Shown: in pieces, positions 45,792 to 55,107 of the stretch
Layout of the letters: each line of letters starts with the position of its first letter
How positions within the stretch are numbered: position 1 is the first letter of the stretch
Assembly (NCBI GenBank): GCA_943359455.1
Contig: CALRHL010000003.1
Location: forward strand, 1-59,257
Source: Candidatus Uhrbacteria bacterium RIFOXYB12_FULL_58_10
GTDB taxonomy: Bacteria > Patescibacteriota > Patescibacteriia > UBA9934 > GWF2-40-263
Reading direction: 5' to 3'
DNA: 59,257 nt
Translations under genes and position numbers: made by a program
The notes under the pieces: generated by a model
Databases searched by the model: none
What the model was told of the DNA's origin: nothing
What the model saw: the letters and a program-made list of their open reading frames with translations, nothing else

Positions 45792-46571
45792 TTAGGCGAG
45801 GGCATTTTCGATCTGTTCGGCGATGGCATCCGCGGCTTCGGCGGGACCGGAAAACTTCTCGGGGAAATCACGAATCGAACGGCCGACCACGATGAAATCC
45901 GCGCCGGCTTTGACCGCTTCCGCAGGAGTCATCACTCGCTTTTGGTCGTTGGCCGCGGTCCATTCGGCCTGAATGCCGGGTACCACAGTGAGCAGGCCAG
46001 AAAGCTCCGGGCGCTTGCGAATCACCGCGAGCTCCTGCGGCGAGCAGACAATTCCGTCCATCCCTGCAAGCTTCGCCTCACGCGCGAACTGGAGCACCTT
46101 GGCCTTGGTTGGAGCGTTGAACGTAAGGTTGCCGTCGTTCTCCTCGCGGGAGGTCAAAACGGTGACGGCCAACGCGAGCGAACAGCCCTTACGTTTTACC
46201 GCAGCCATCATCGCGTCGATGCCGCACGAGGCGTGTACGTTGAACATCCTCATCTGGAGCCGCTGTCCCACAACACTCGCAGCAGCCCCGACTGTGTTCG
46301 GAATGTCGTCGAACTTGCCGTCCCAGAACCCACTACCCCAGGATCCACAGCCAAACAGATGGTAGAGCTCGCGTTGAACTCGAAGATGAACGATCGCCTG
46401 ATCGACGTCTTCGGTCGCAAGCACCTCCGCGGTCATCGCATGGTGAAGCTCGAGCCCGATCTTGAACACGCCGACATGGTCTGCGAGTTCCTTGACCAGC
46501 TCCAAAGCCTCGCGCGAGCTGGAAACGTCGAGAGGGAAAATGATGCGATCCTTTGCAGAAAGAGCTTCCAT
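45792..46571 (-). CDS. pyrF: orotidine 5'-phosphate decarboxylase
   Basis: The start is ATG 46571, preceded by GGAGG. Motifs are IIFPLDV, VFKIGLEL and DGKFDDIPNTV. Confidence 0.85.
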   Translation of the reverse strand: MEALSAKDRIIFPLDVSSSREALELVKELADHVGVFKIGLELHHAMTAEVLATEDVDQAIVHLRVQRELYHLFGCGSWGSGFWDGKFDDIPNTVGAAASVVGQRLQMRMFNVHASCGIDAMMAAVKRKGCSLALAVTVLTSREENDGNLTFNAPTKAKVLQFAREAKLAGMDGIVCSPQELAVIRKRPELSGLLTVVPGIQAEWTAANDQKRVMTPAEAVKAGADFIVVGRSIRDFPEKFSGPAEAADAIAEQIENALA

Positions 46572-46632
46572 GAAAACCTCCGTCCAACGGAACTGTTGGT
46601 GGTCGCACCCTAGCAAAAGACTAGCTGGTTGG

Positions 46633-47874
46633 CTAGTCGATGCGCGTCCCGCAGAATAAATCCTCGATTTTCTCGGCGTCGCGAATCTTTTCGATCATCC
46701 CATCTATTTTCAGCAAATACTCCGCGTGCCTCGTCCTCCCGTTGTAGTTGTGGCCCATGGCGTAGGCGTGGCCGCCGGAGTTGTGGACGACGATGAGATC
46801 ACCGACGCGACACTCAGTGAGCAAACGATCTTTCGCGAACTGGTCGTTGTTCTCGCAGATGCCGCCGACGACTGATACGATTTCCTCGACGCGTGGTTTA
46901 TCATCGCACTGGATGACAGAGACATGATGGTATGCGCCGTAAATGGACGGGCGCGGCATGTCGTTTGCCGCCGCGTCGATGCCGATGAACTTTTTGTATC
47001 CATTCTTGATCACGCACACTTTCCCAACGAGAAATCCCATGTCGGCCGCGATAAACCGTCCTGGTTCGGCGTAGAGTACAGGTTCTTTCAGATCAAACTT
47101 TTTGCATGCATCATCAATCACCGTGCGAATTCCTGACACAACGGCGTCGAGGTCAAGACGTGGCTCGTCTGGATGATACGGAACACCAAAACCACCACCG
47201 ATGTTCATAAAATCAATCTCGACTCCTGTTTCTTTTTTAATGACAAAAATAATTTCAAATAATTTCTCAACGCTTTGTGAAAAAAATTTCACGTCGAGAT
47301 TATTGCTTCCCGTCATCATGTGAATCCCGAATCGCTTCACTCCTTTATCACGCGCCGCGGCATACACAAAGGAGGCAGCCTCAAACGGCACGCCGAATTT
47401 CGCGTCCGGCCCAGCAAGCACGTTGCTCTCCCTATCCCCACTTCCCATTCCTGGATTCACCCGAAATGACAATGTCTCTGGCACGCCGATCTCATCAAGA
47501 AAATCCACCATACTCGCATCATCGAGATTGAGAATGAAACCACGTTGTGCGGCAAATGCAAGTTCGTCGGCTGGCGTGTAATTACCCGTGTACATCCCTG
47601 TCGCACCAATCTTTTCAACAATCCAAGCTTCTGCGCGACTTGATGCGTCAAAGCCGAACCCCTCGGACTGAACGATACGCAGCACATCTGGGTTCGAGTT
47701 TGCCTTTACCGCGTAGAGCGGACGGAAATCTGAAAAATATGTTTGAAACGTGTCGCGAAACGTCTGGCAATTTTCGCGAAGACGCGCCTCGTTGTATAGA
47801 AAAAACGGCGTTGGAAAATCCGCCGCCGCACGTGCAATTGCCTCCTTTGGGAATGTGGTGACCGATTCATTCAT
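46633..47874 (-). CDS. PLP-dependent group IV decarboxylase, diaminopimelate decarboxylase-like
   Basis: 413 aa with LYAVKANSNPDVL, IGGGFGVPY and EPGRF motifs. An ATGA overlap couples it to the aspartate kinase gene. Confidence 0.75.
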   Translation of the reverse strand: MNESVTTFPKEAIARAAADFPTPFFLYNEARLRENCQTFRDTFQTYFSDFRPLYAVKANSNPDVLRIVQSEGFGFDASSRAEAWIVEKIGATGMYTGNYTPADELAFAAQRGFILNLDDASMVDFLDEIGVPETLSFRVNPGMGSGDRESNVLAGPDAKFGVPFEAASFVYAAARDKGVKRFGIHMMTGSNNLDVKFFSQSVEKLFEIIFVIKKETGVEIDFMNIGGGFGVPYHPDEPRLDLDAVVSGIRTVIDDACKKFDLKEPVLYAEPGRFIAADMGFLVGKVCVIKNGYKKFIGIDAAANDMPRPSIYGAYHHVSVIQCDDKPRVEEIVSVVGGICENNDQFAKDRLLTECRVGDLIVVHNSGGHAYAMGHNYNGRTRHAEYLLKIDGMIEKIRDAEKIEDLFCGTRID

Positions 47875-49211
47875 AGGGTAGGATCTGATTCGAAGAACTC
47901 GTGAAAGACCTGTGCGACCACGCGGCGAGCGTCACGCTCTGCCACAACAAATGTGACATTACGTTTGCTCGCACCTTGCGACACCATGCTGACCGGAACC
48001 GGGCCGACGGCTGAGAACAACCGTCCGAGGACTTCCGGCTGCGTGCGGAGTCCTTCCCCGACGACGCAAACGATGGCCATGCCTGTCTCTGGCTCGTCAA
48101 CGGTCGCGAACGTTCGTAACTCTTCGACGAGCGCGGACGAAACTTTGCGGTCAACCGTCACCGAGACGCTCACTTCCGACGTGGACACCACATCCACGAT
48201 CACCTCATGCCGCGCGAACGCAGTGAAAATCTTGGCGAGGAACCCATGTGCATCGAGCATGCCGAGCGAGACGAGGTTCACAACCGTGATTCCCTTCTTC
48301 GAGGTAATCGACTTGATCGACGCACACTCCTCACTGTTGATGAGCGTGCCGGGTGCCGCCGCGTTGAACGTATTGAGAATACGAACCGGGATCTCACGCT
48401 CGATGGCGGGCTTGATCGTCTTTGGGTGCAGTACCTTCGCACCAAAGTATGCGAGCTCACCAGCTTCCGCGTAGGAGAGTTGTGTGAGCACGGTGGCGCC
48501 GGGAATGACACGCGGGTCGGCCGTGAACATCCCGTCCACGTCCGTCCAAATCTGGAGCTCTGTTGCGTCCATGGCAGCCGCAATGATGGCTGCGCTGTAG
48601 TCGCTCCCGCCGCGTCCGAGCGTCGTGTAGCGATGAGGGGCATTGGACTGTCCAATGAACCCGGTCACGACTGGGATCACAGAGTTCGTGATCATCGGGA
48701 AAAGAACGCCGGCCGTACGGCTATTCGTCACCGGGAAGTCGACGTTCGCGCAGCCGAACTGACGGTCGGTAGCGATGAGATCAAACGCGTCGACCATTTC
48801 AGCGTTCACCCCATCGACCACGAGATGCTCGGCGAAGATCGTCGCACTCAGCCGCTCGCCGAGGCTCAGCAGACGATCAAGAACGCTCGGCCCCAGTTCG
48901 CCGAACTGCGCGACCACGCGGCAAATGCTCCACATTTCGTCCAACAGGACCGAAAGCTGTTGGTGGAGATCGAGATCGAGCTCGCGAACGAGCATTCTGT
49001 GCCGCTCCTTGATCCTGCCGGCAAGCACCTCCCAGTCTCCACCCTCTACGGCTGTGTTGCCAAGCGCGATGAGCGCATCCGTCGTTCCGGTCACTGCCGA
49101 CACTACGACGATCACCTCACCATCAACCGATCGTACGATTGCACTCGCCTTCCGCATCGCATCCGCAGACCCCATCGATGTCCCACCGAACTTTGCCACG
49201 ATTCGTCGCAT
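47871..49211 (-). CDS. aspartate kinase
   Basis: The start is ATG 49211, preceded by GGAGG. The N-terminus is IVAKFGGTSMGS, and C-terminal ACT-like repeats are present. Confidence 0.85.
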   Translation of the reverse strand: MRRIVAKFGGTSMGSADAMRKASAIVRSVDGEVIVVVSAVTGTTDALIALGNTAVEGGDWEVLAGRIKERHRMLVRELDLDLHQQLSVLLDEMWSICRVVAQFGELGPSVLDRLLSLGERLSATIFAEHLVVDGVNAEMVDAFDLIATDRQFGCANVDFPVTNSRTAGVLFPMITNSVIPVVTGFIGQSNAPHRYTTLGRGGSDYSAAIIAAAMDATELQIWTDVDGMFTADPRVIPGATVLTQLSYAEAGELAYFGAKVLHPKTIKPAIEREIPVRILNTFNAAAPGTLINSEECASIKSITSKKGITVVNLVSLGMLDAHGFLAKIFTAFARHEVIVDVVSTSEVSVSVTVDRKVSSALVEELRTFATVDEPETGMAIVCVVGEGLRTQPEVLGRLFSAVGPVPVSMVSQGASKRNVTFVVAERDARRVVAQVFHEFFESDPTL

Positions 49212-49272
49212 CTGAAACCTCCGCACGGAGCTTACAGATTCGGGCATTGTTTGGCAAGAAAAAATACAATCC

Positions 49273-49920
49273 TTACCTCTCCCCATTCCATTCTTTATAA
49301 AACTCCTCCAGATATTTTTCCAAAAACGCATGTCGCCCTTCCGCAATCTGCTTGGCGGATTTTGTATTCAAACGATCTTTGACCAAAAGCAACTTTTCAT
49401 AAAAATGATTGATCGTGTGACCGTTGTCTTTATGATAAGAATCTTTATCTTGATGCATTGTTGGTGGAATATCTGGATCGTACATAGAACGACCTTTGGC
49501 TCCGCCATACGCAAACGTCCTTGCGATTCCGATGGCACCGATCGCATCCAGACGGTCCGCATCTTGAACGCATTCACCCTCTTTTGTTTTCATCGGCGTT
49601 GCTACGCCTGCACCTTTGTACGAAATCGTCGCTATGATGTCTTGGACCTGTTCGATCACCGTCAGATCAACTCCGTGCGTCGTCAAAATCTCACCAGCAA
49701 TACGTGGACCAACCGTTTCATCTCCATCATGAAATTTCCAATCTGCAATATCGTGCAAAAGCGCTCCAAGTTCAACGACACGCAGATCTGCATTCTCTTC
49801 AACTGCAAGTCGCTTCGCCATCTGCCACACCCGATACACATGCCACCAGTCGTGAGAAGAGTCCGAAGACATGCGGGAACGGACGTCGGAGGCTATTTTT
49901 AGAATCAAGTCATCTTGCAT
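49273..49920 (-). CDS. HD-domain phosphohydrolase
   Basis: Motifs are HDWWHVYRV and LHDIADWKF. The start is trimmed to ATG 49920 to avoid overlapping the tRNA. Confidence 0.75.
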   Translation of the reverse strand: MQDDLILKIASDVRSRMSSDSSHDWWHVYRVWQMAKRLAVEENADLRVVELGALLHDIADWKFHDGDETVGPRIAGEILTTHGVDLTVIEQVQDIIATISYKGAGVATPMKTKEGECVQDADRLDAIGAIGIARTFAYGGAKGRSMYDPDIPPTMHQDKDSYHKDNGHTINHFYEKLLLVKDRLNTKSAKQIAEGRHAFLEKYLEEFYKEWNGER

Positions 49921-49929
49921 AATTTTTTC

Positions 49930-50014
49930 TGGTGTCGGGAGAGGGACTCGAACCCTCAAGGATTGCTCCACTAGCTCCTAAGGCTAGCGCGTATACCAAT
50001 TCCGCCATCCCGAC
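49930..50014 (-). tRNA. tRNA-Leu(UAG), CCA encoded
   Basis: The reverse complement folds as a class II tRNA. The acceptor stem is gtcggga/tcccgac, the anticodon stem-loop is ctagc-cttagga-gctag, and a long variable arm is present. Confidence 0.85.
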
Positions 50015-50173
50015 ATTACATTTATCCACAAACTTCCATTGACAAAACCATTTATACATGATGTAATGGAAGCATACAAATCCCCTTTCGAGTTTTTCTC
50101 GAGCGGGGATTTTTTTCTTCACTGATCTGTGCACGGGTAAGTGAATGACTAATTCAAACCAAACCACACGACT

Positions 50174-52825
50174 ATGTTTCAAATCATAGGACGGCTGATT
50201 TTTGCTAGCTTCATTCTCATTGTTGGATGCGCACTTCCACTGATGAGCCGCGCGACAGAAGACACAACACCAACGGTCATTATTTCAGAAATCAACTGGG
50301 CTGGATCTTCCCTTTCTAGTTCAGACGAATGGATTGAACTTACGAATAGGACAGATGCATCTGTCGATCTGAGTGGATGGACCATTCAAGGCGCCGCAAC
50401 GTCAAATGGAACGCTCATGATTCCGGAAGGAAGTACCATTCAACCTTATTCAACATTTCTTATTTCAAATTATGACGAACTCAACACAAAATCAGCGCTC
50501 AATCACACACCTGATTATGTCACCACCGGAGTCTCGCTCTCAAACTCCGGACTGTTACTTATGCTCATTGATGCAACAGGACAAAAACGCGATTCGGCTC
50601 TCGATGGATCCAAGCCGTTGGCGGGAAGAATGGGAACAGATGGAGGAGGAAGCGATGGAGGAGGATATGCGTCGATGGTACGAAAAGCACCGATAGAGGA
50701 TGGATCACTTGCGTCTGCATGGGATAATGCGATTGTGTCTGAAGGGTTTGATGAGGAAGTTAGTGATGTTGGGAGTCCGGGGGTGTTGGAGGAGTGGTTT
50801 GAATCAGAAATTGAACCTGAGGAAATTATCGAAATTGGGCCGTCAAACGGCCTTCAGGAAATTGTTGAGATTTTGGAAATTACGGATACTGAGGAAATTG
50901 CGGATACGGGGGAAAGTAACGATATACAGATACCCACTGAGCTTGCCTGCGGTGAGCTTTGCGAATCCGTCGAAGTGCTGTCTGAGCAGGAAGAAACCGA
51001 CCCTTCGACTCACTCCGCTCGCTCAGGGAGTAATGAATCGCTGGAAGAAGACTTAGTAAGTAGTGCCGAAGAAGCGGGGCAATCTTCCGAGACGGAGCAG
51101 GAGATATTGGAACCTACGGAATCGGACGACAAAGAACAACGAGCAGCAACCTATCCAGTCGGGACATTGGTGATCAATGAGTTTGTTTCCGATGCAACAG
51201 AAGAGTGGATTGAGATTTTAAATCCGTACAATAACGTCATTCCACTAGAAGGTTGGAGTGTGCGAGATGCATCTGGAAAACAAACGGGGCTACCAGATCA
51301 GTTGCTTGGGATGGGACAGTTTGTGGTCTTAAAAAATCCATCGGGAAAGTTGAATAATACTGGAGACACGATTGAACTTTTGGATCCAACGAGTGTGGTC
51401 ATTGATGCAGTCACGTATGGAACTGGATCTGTCCCGATCGCAAAACAACCTAACTCGCTCGCACGAGCTGAGGATGGGAAGTGGGAGGTGACGACTTCTG
51501 TCACGATGGGGAAAGAGAATGTTCTGTCTCCGGTTATGCAAAAAGTATCTGTAGAAAATTCGAAATCCGAAGCATCAAATTCGAAAAAAATAGAAAAAGT
51601 TGAGGTCATAAAAGAGATTGAGAAACGATTAGAAATAAAAGAAATGAAAGAAATTCAGGGAACGACTGGACCGATGACGTTACGATTATCTGAAATTTAT
51701 CCGAATACAACAGGAGGTGATTTGATGGAGGAATTTATTGAGATTGAAAATTTTGGATCAGAACCTGTTCCTTTGGACGGCTGGGTGTTGACGGATGCAG
51801 GAGAAAAGAAATTCTCCTTCAGCACGACATCTAAAATACTTCCGTACCATTTCTTGACTCTCTCGCGAGCGGAAACACGCATCGCATTAAATAATACGAG
51901 TGATACGGTCACCCTTTTTGCACCAGACGGATCACTCATTGATTCTCAAACATATGAATCGCCGCCAAAAGGATCGTCGTACGTTCTCATTGAGTCTCTC
52001 TGGAATTGGACTACAAACATTACACCAGATGAACCGAACTCTGTTACGACAGATGAAGTGGACGAACCAGCCAGAGTGGCCACAGCATCCACTTATCGCA
52101 AAGGGGTAAAAGCGGTCTCGTCTTGGATCGAAGGAGTGGTTCTTGTAGGTCCAGGAGTTTTTGGAAAACAGATTTTTTATCTAATGACGAAAACAGGTGG
52201 ACTTCAAATTTACAAATATGATGGCGATTTCCCGGACATGGAAGCCGGTGATCAGATATCTGTCTCTGGGACGTTCACGGAAAGCCGCGGTGAGCGTCGA
52301 TTGAAAATTGGATCGAGCGACGAGATCCTCATCACAGGCTCCGGTGAACCTATTGATTCTGAATCGATTGAACTCGCTTCCTTGTCGGAAGCGGATCACG
52401 GACGACTGGTAACCGTGACGGGTACCGTTGTATCACGGACAGGTAAAAAAATAGTCCTTGAGAGCAACGGGGTACAACTGACAATCCGTGTTGCAGATGG
52501 GACAAGTATTGATGCAGCAACGTTTGCTCGCGGTGCGGAAATGGAAGTAACAGGTTTAGTTGTTGCGACCAACAAAACCATCACCTTGCTTCCAAGAAAA
52601 GAAGACGATGTTGTTCTTACACCGCCACCTATCGCAGAACAAACCATCATCACGGCAACAGGAAAAGAAACACGCAATTCAACCGACCGATCCATTGCAT
52701 TTGCGATTACGATCCTGACAATTCTTGGGCTCGCGTTGTATACATGGATACATCTCATTCCTAAATGGAAACTTTTTTATGCAAAACATCGCACTCTCCG
52801 TGCCGCTTCTCAAACGTCGCGTTGA
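50174..52825 (+). CDS. large surface protein with three lamin-tail-domain (LTD) repeats and a C-terminal TM anchor
   Basis: 883 aa. The three LTD-like segments are VIISEINWAGS..DEWIELTN, LVINEFVSDATEEWIEILN and LRLSEIYPN..EEFIEIEN. An acidic linker separates them. Confidence 0.7.
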   Translation: MFQIIGRLIFASFILIVGCALPLMSRATEDTTPTVIISEINWAGSSLSSSDEWIELTNRTDASVDLSGWTIQGAATSNGTLMIPEGSTIQPYSTFLISNYDELNTKSALNHTPDYVTTGVSLSNSGLLLMLIDATGQKRDSALDGSKPLAGRMGTDGGGSDGGGYASMVRKAPIEDGSLASAWDNAIVSEGFDEEVSDVGSPGVLEEWFESEIEPEEIIEIGPSNGLQEIVEILEITDTEEIADTGESNDIQIPTELACGELCESVEVLSEQEETDPSTHSARSGSNESLEEDLVSSAEEAGQSSETEQEILEPTESDDKEQRAATYPVGTLVINEFVSDATEEWIEILNPYNNVIPLEGWSVRDASGKQTGLPDQLLGMGQFVVLKNPSGKLNNTGDTIELLDPTSVVIDAVTYGTGSVPIAKQPNSLARAEDGKWEVTTSVTMGKENVLSPVMQKVSVENSKSEASNSKKIEKVEVIKEIEKRLEIKEMKEIQGTTGPMTLRLSEIYPNTTGGDLMEEFIEIENFGSEPVPLDGWVLTDAGEKKFSFSTTSKILPYHFLTLSRAETRIALNNTSDTVTLFAPDGSLIDSQTYESPPKGSSYVLIESLWNWTTNITPDEPNSVTTDEVDEPARVATASTYRKGVKAVSSWIEGVVLVGPGVFGKQIFYLMTKTGGLQIYKYDGDFPDMEAGDQISVSGTFTESRGERRLKIGSSDEILITGSGEPIDSESIELASLSEADHGRLVTVTGTVVSRTGKKIVLESNGVQLTIRVADGTSIDAATFARGAEMEVTGLVVATNKTITLLPRKEDDVVLTPPPIAEQTIITATGKETRNSTDRSIAFAITILTILGLALYTWIHLIPKWKLFYAKHRTLRAASQTSR

Positions 52826-52937
52826 AACAAAGGCATTCGCGTACGGAGTATCATCTACCGTCGCGACATTGCTTTCGGAATATGTCGTCGAACTCTTAAC
52901 TCAATCCAATATCAATAATGAATATGGCAAACTTTAA
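52779..52937 (+). CDS. small hypothetical protein (52 aa)
   Basis: An internal ATG of ORF 52725-52937. It overlaps the end of the LTD gene and the next small ORF. No family assigned. Confidence 0.25.
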   Translation: MQNIALSVPLLKRRVETKAFAYGVSSTVATLLSEYVVELLTQSNINNEYGKL

Positions 52938-53133
52938 TTTCCGCAATCTTCCGATCTACAAACAAATTATTTCAGAGATAAATACGATTGCAGAAACATT
53001 CGGTCTCGATGATTCGAGCACAAACCTCCTTCGAGATTTCGTCGTAGAAACAGCACATCAGCAATATCAAGTTGGAAACAAGGCAGGAATTGCTTGGGTT
53101 CACGGGGGAATGAAGAAGACAGTACGGGCTTAA
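52918..53133 (+). CDS. small hypothetical protein (71 aa)
   Basis: ORF only; no motif recognised. Confidence 0.3.
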   Translation: MNMANFNFRNLPIYKQIISEINTIAETFGLDDSSTNLLRDFVVETAHQQYQVGNKAGIAWVHGGMKKTVRA

Positions 53134-53181
53134 ATCGAAACGCTATTCCCACATTTTTATTTATGTTATATTGGAAATACT

Positions 53182-53688
53182 ATGGACGCAGAAACGAAAC
53201 AATTAATTATCAGTACCGCTAAAAACGTTGAGATTTTGCTATCAGACGTTAGTGAGTTGAAGTCAGAAGTTAGTGAGTTGAAGTCAGACGTTAGTGAGTT
53301 GAAGTCAGACGTTAGTGAGTTGAAGTCAGATGTTAGTGAGTTGAAGTCAGATGTTAGTGAGTTGAAGTCAGATGTTGGAATAATGAAAACAGAAATAGAC
53401 ACGTTGCAGTCAGATGGAAAAATCGTAAAAGATACCGTTCACCACATGTCACATCAGATTGATTTTCTTCAATTTGATCTGTCTGCATTTCGAAAGGAGA
53501 CAGATGTCAATTTTACTCTCGTTCGTGGTGAGTTTACACGTCTAGAAAACCATCTCGATGGATTTGCTTGCTCTTCTAAACGTTTTGATGTTGAAGATGC
53601 TGCTATGCGTCATCGCCAGGATCGACTTGAGAAAAAATTAAATAGGTACGCACCTAAATCGCACAAGGTAAAAACAACGTCTAAATAA
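53182..53688 (+). CDS. coiled-coil protein with a heptad tandem repeat (D/E)VSELKS x6
   Basis: 168 aa. The repeat region is followed by a further coiled-coil-like sequence. Confidence 0.65.
   Translation: MDAETKQLIISTAKNVEILLSDVSELKSEVSELKSDVSELKSDVSELKSDVSELKSDVSELKSDVGIMKTEIDTLQSDGKIVKDTVHHMSHQIDFLQFDLSAFRKETDVNFTLVRGEFTRLENHLDGFACSSKRFDVEDAAMRHRQDRLEKKLNRYAPKSHKVKTTSK
53245..53379 (+). repeat. 21-bp tandem repeat, six full copies plus a partial copy
   Basis: The unit is ga(c/a/t)gttagtgagttgaagtca, starting at 53245 with a period of 21. It is in frame and differs only at the third base of the unit. Confidence 0.9.
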
Positions 53689-53737
53689 CCACTCTTGCTC
53701 ACTTTCACCTACCTATGCTAATCTGCTGACTGTTCCT

Positions 53738-53812
53738 GCGGGAATAGCTCAGTGGTAGAGCGTCTCCTTGCCAAGGAGAAGGCCGCGGGTTCGATCCCCG
53801 TTTCCCGCTCCA
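53738..53812 (+). tRNA. tRNA-Gly(GCC), CCA encoded
   Basis: The acceptor stem is gcgggaa/ttcccgc, the anticodon loop is ccttgccaagg, and the T-loop is ggttcgatcc. Confidence 0.9.
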
Positions 53813-53846
53813 AAATGACATCCGTTTTTTTCGGGTGTCATTTTGA
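53813..53846 (+). terminator. hairpin after tRNA-Gly (weak terminator)
   Basis: aaatgacatccg pairs with cgggtgtcattt around a T7 loop. Only a short T-run follows. Confidence 0.45.
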
Positions 53847-53900
53847 TTTCATTTCAAGACCTCTCCAAAAGTCTCAGAAAAAAAGAGACCCGAGATTGGG

Positions 53901-54224
53901 TCAGGAAAAGTCATCCGACATGGATGAACTCTGGTCGTAGGCTTTGATCCTTCGTGAGAATGAAAAGAATTCGTATAGAGACCAGAAGATTGATCCAATA
54001 GCTACGACGAAAAGAACTTTGAGTATCCAACCAATCTTGAACATTTCAAAAAGAACGAACCAGGGAGCATTGAGGTGGACAAGACAGGCAATCGAGCCAC
54101 TGATAGAAAGAGCAAGATCTACCGCAGCGATTTTTCGTGCACGTCTCAGCCGAGACAATTCCTCCGTCCTCTCTTTCTGCATCTGCGAAAACGCAATGTC
54201 TCCAGCAAACGGACGATCAGCCAC
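53901..54224 (-). CDS. hypothetical membrane protein
   Basis: 107 aa with two hydrophobic segments. Confidence 0.4.
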   Translation of the reverse strand: MADRPFAGDIAFSQMQKERTEELSRLRRARKIAAVDLALSISGSIACLVHLNAPWFVLFEMFKIGWILKVLFVVAIGSIFWSLYEFFSFSRRIKAYDQSSSMSDDFS

Positions 54225-54303
54225 AGCTCAACTCCTTTCATCTCTATGAGACTACGCCCCCTCTTCCAAATCTGCAAGATTCTTGTTAGGATCTTTTTGA
54301 AAT

Positions 54304-54390
54304 GGGCCGGTGGCGAAACTGGCAGACGCAGAGGACTTAAGATCCTCCGATAGAAATATCGTGTGGGTTCAATTCCCACCCGGCCCACCA
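54304..54390 (+). tRNA. tRNA-Leu(UAA), CCA encoded
   Basis: The acceptor stem is gggccgg/ccggccc, the anticodon stem-loop is gagga-cttaaga-tcctc, and a long variable arm is present. Confidence 0.9.
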
Positions 54391-54463
54391 AAATAAAATA
54401 GGCAAAAGCCTCCATTGACTTGGACGGTTTTTTTTGATACGGTCACCTGACAATGGAACGTTC

Positions 54464-55099
54464 ATGGAAGAAATTCAACATCGACTGATGCGGGCAGGGA
54501 TTTGGGACGAACAGCTCGAAATGCTGTTACGAGCCCTTTGGAAATATGGAGTCATGCAGATCCAAGATGAAAATCTTCGATCAACGGTCATAAAATTTCT
54601 CTGCGTTGTTCCACGTATTTTCTACGTCGATCACGCCTCGCGCAGCGGAAACTTTCATCCATGGTGGCAAAATGGTCAGAACGGCACGCTGCGTAGCATC
54701 GTTGAATCTGTCATCCTGCTTCCACCACAATCCAGACACATCCGAGGTCTCCTCAACGAGGCATTGGAACCAAACCAACATGCGATGGACGTCGCGTATG
54801 CCGCAACGATCATTTCTGACACGTGGAAGAAGGAAGATCACGGTGACATTCACTACGGACCTGAACACGGACGAATTGCCGCAGAACATTGGCGCTCTTT
54901 CGCTCACATAAAACACCTCGATGCTCACGTCATTGAGGAAGTCGCGGACGCCTGTTATTGGCACATGGGTCTGTACACTCCTGGGGCGACACTTACAACT
55001 CCCTTCACCCCTGTCACCGAACTCGTCAATGCCTGTGATGTCTGTACATCACACTGTGAACTCGGAGTCATCTACGAACCAAAACTCGTCATCGTCTGA
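54464..55099 (+). CDS. hypothetical protein
   Basis: An ORF of about 211 aa from ATG 54464. No confident motif. Confidence 0.45.
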   Translation: MEEIQHRLMRAGIWDEQLEMLLRALWKYGVMQIQDENLRSTVIKFLCVVPRIFYVDHASRSGNFHPWWQNGQNGTLRSIVESVILLPPQSRHIRGLLNEALEPNQHAMDVAYAATIISDTWKKEDHGDIHYGPEHGRIAAEHWRSFAHIKHLDAHVIEEVADACYWHMGLYTPGATLTTPFTPVTELVNACDVCTSHCELGVIYEPKLVIV

Positions 55100-55107
55100 C
55101 GGGTTTT

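Noticed and set aside
45035-45895. 286-aa Arg-rich plus-strand ORF
   Set aside because: It is an alternative frame of the GC-rich PRTase region with an RRR/PRR-rich low-complexity translation. The 45108-45746 frame carries the PRPP-binding motif.
48207-49382. 391-aa plus-strand ORF
   Set aside because: It is antisense to the aspartate kinase gene within the GC-rich island and has no motifs. It is a typical shadow ORF.
49921-49971. N-terminal extension of the HD-domain ORF
   Set aside because: It overlaps tRNA-Leu(UAG). The internal ATG at 49920 was chosen instead.
53245-53379. CRISPR array
   Set aside because: The repeats are contiguous with no spacers, have a 21-bp period, and are in frame within a CDS.
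53166-53402. 78-aa minus-strand ORF with SDFNSLT repeats
   Set aside because: It is the antisense reading of the 21-bp tandem repeat. The plus-strand coiled-coil ORF is longer and continues well beyond the repeat.
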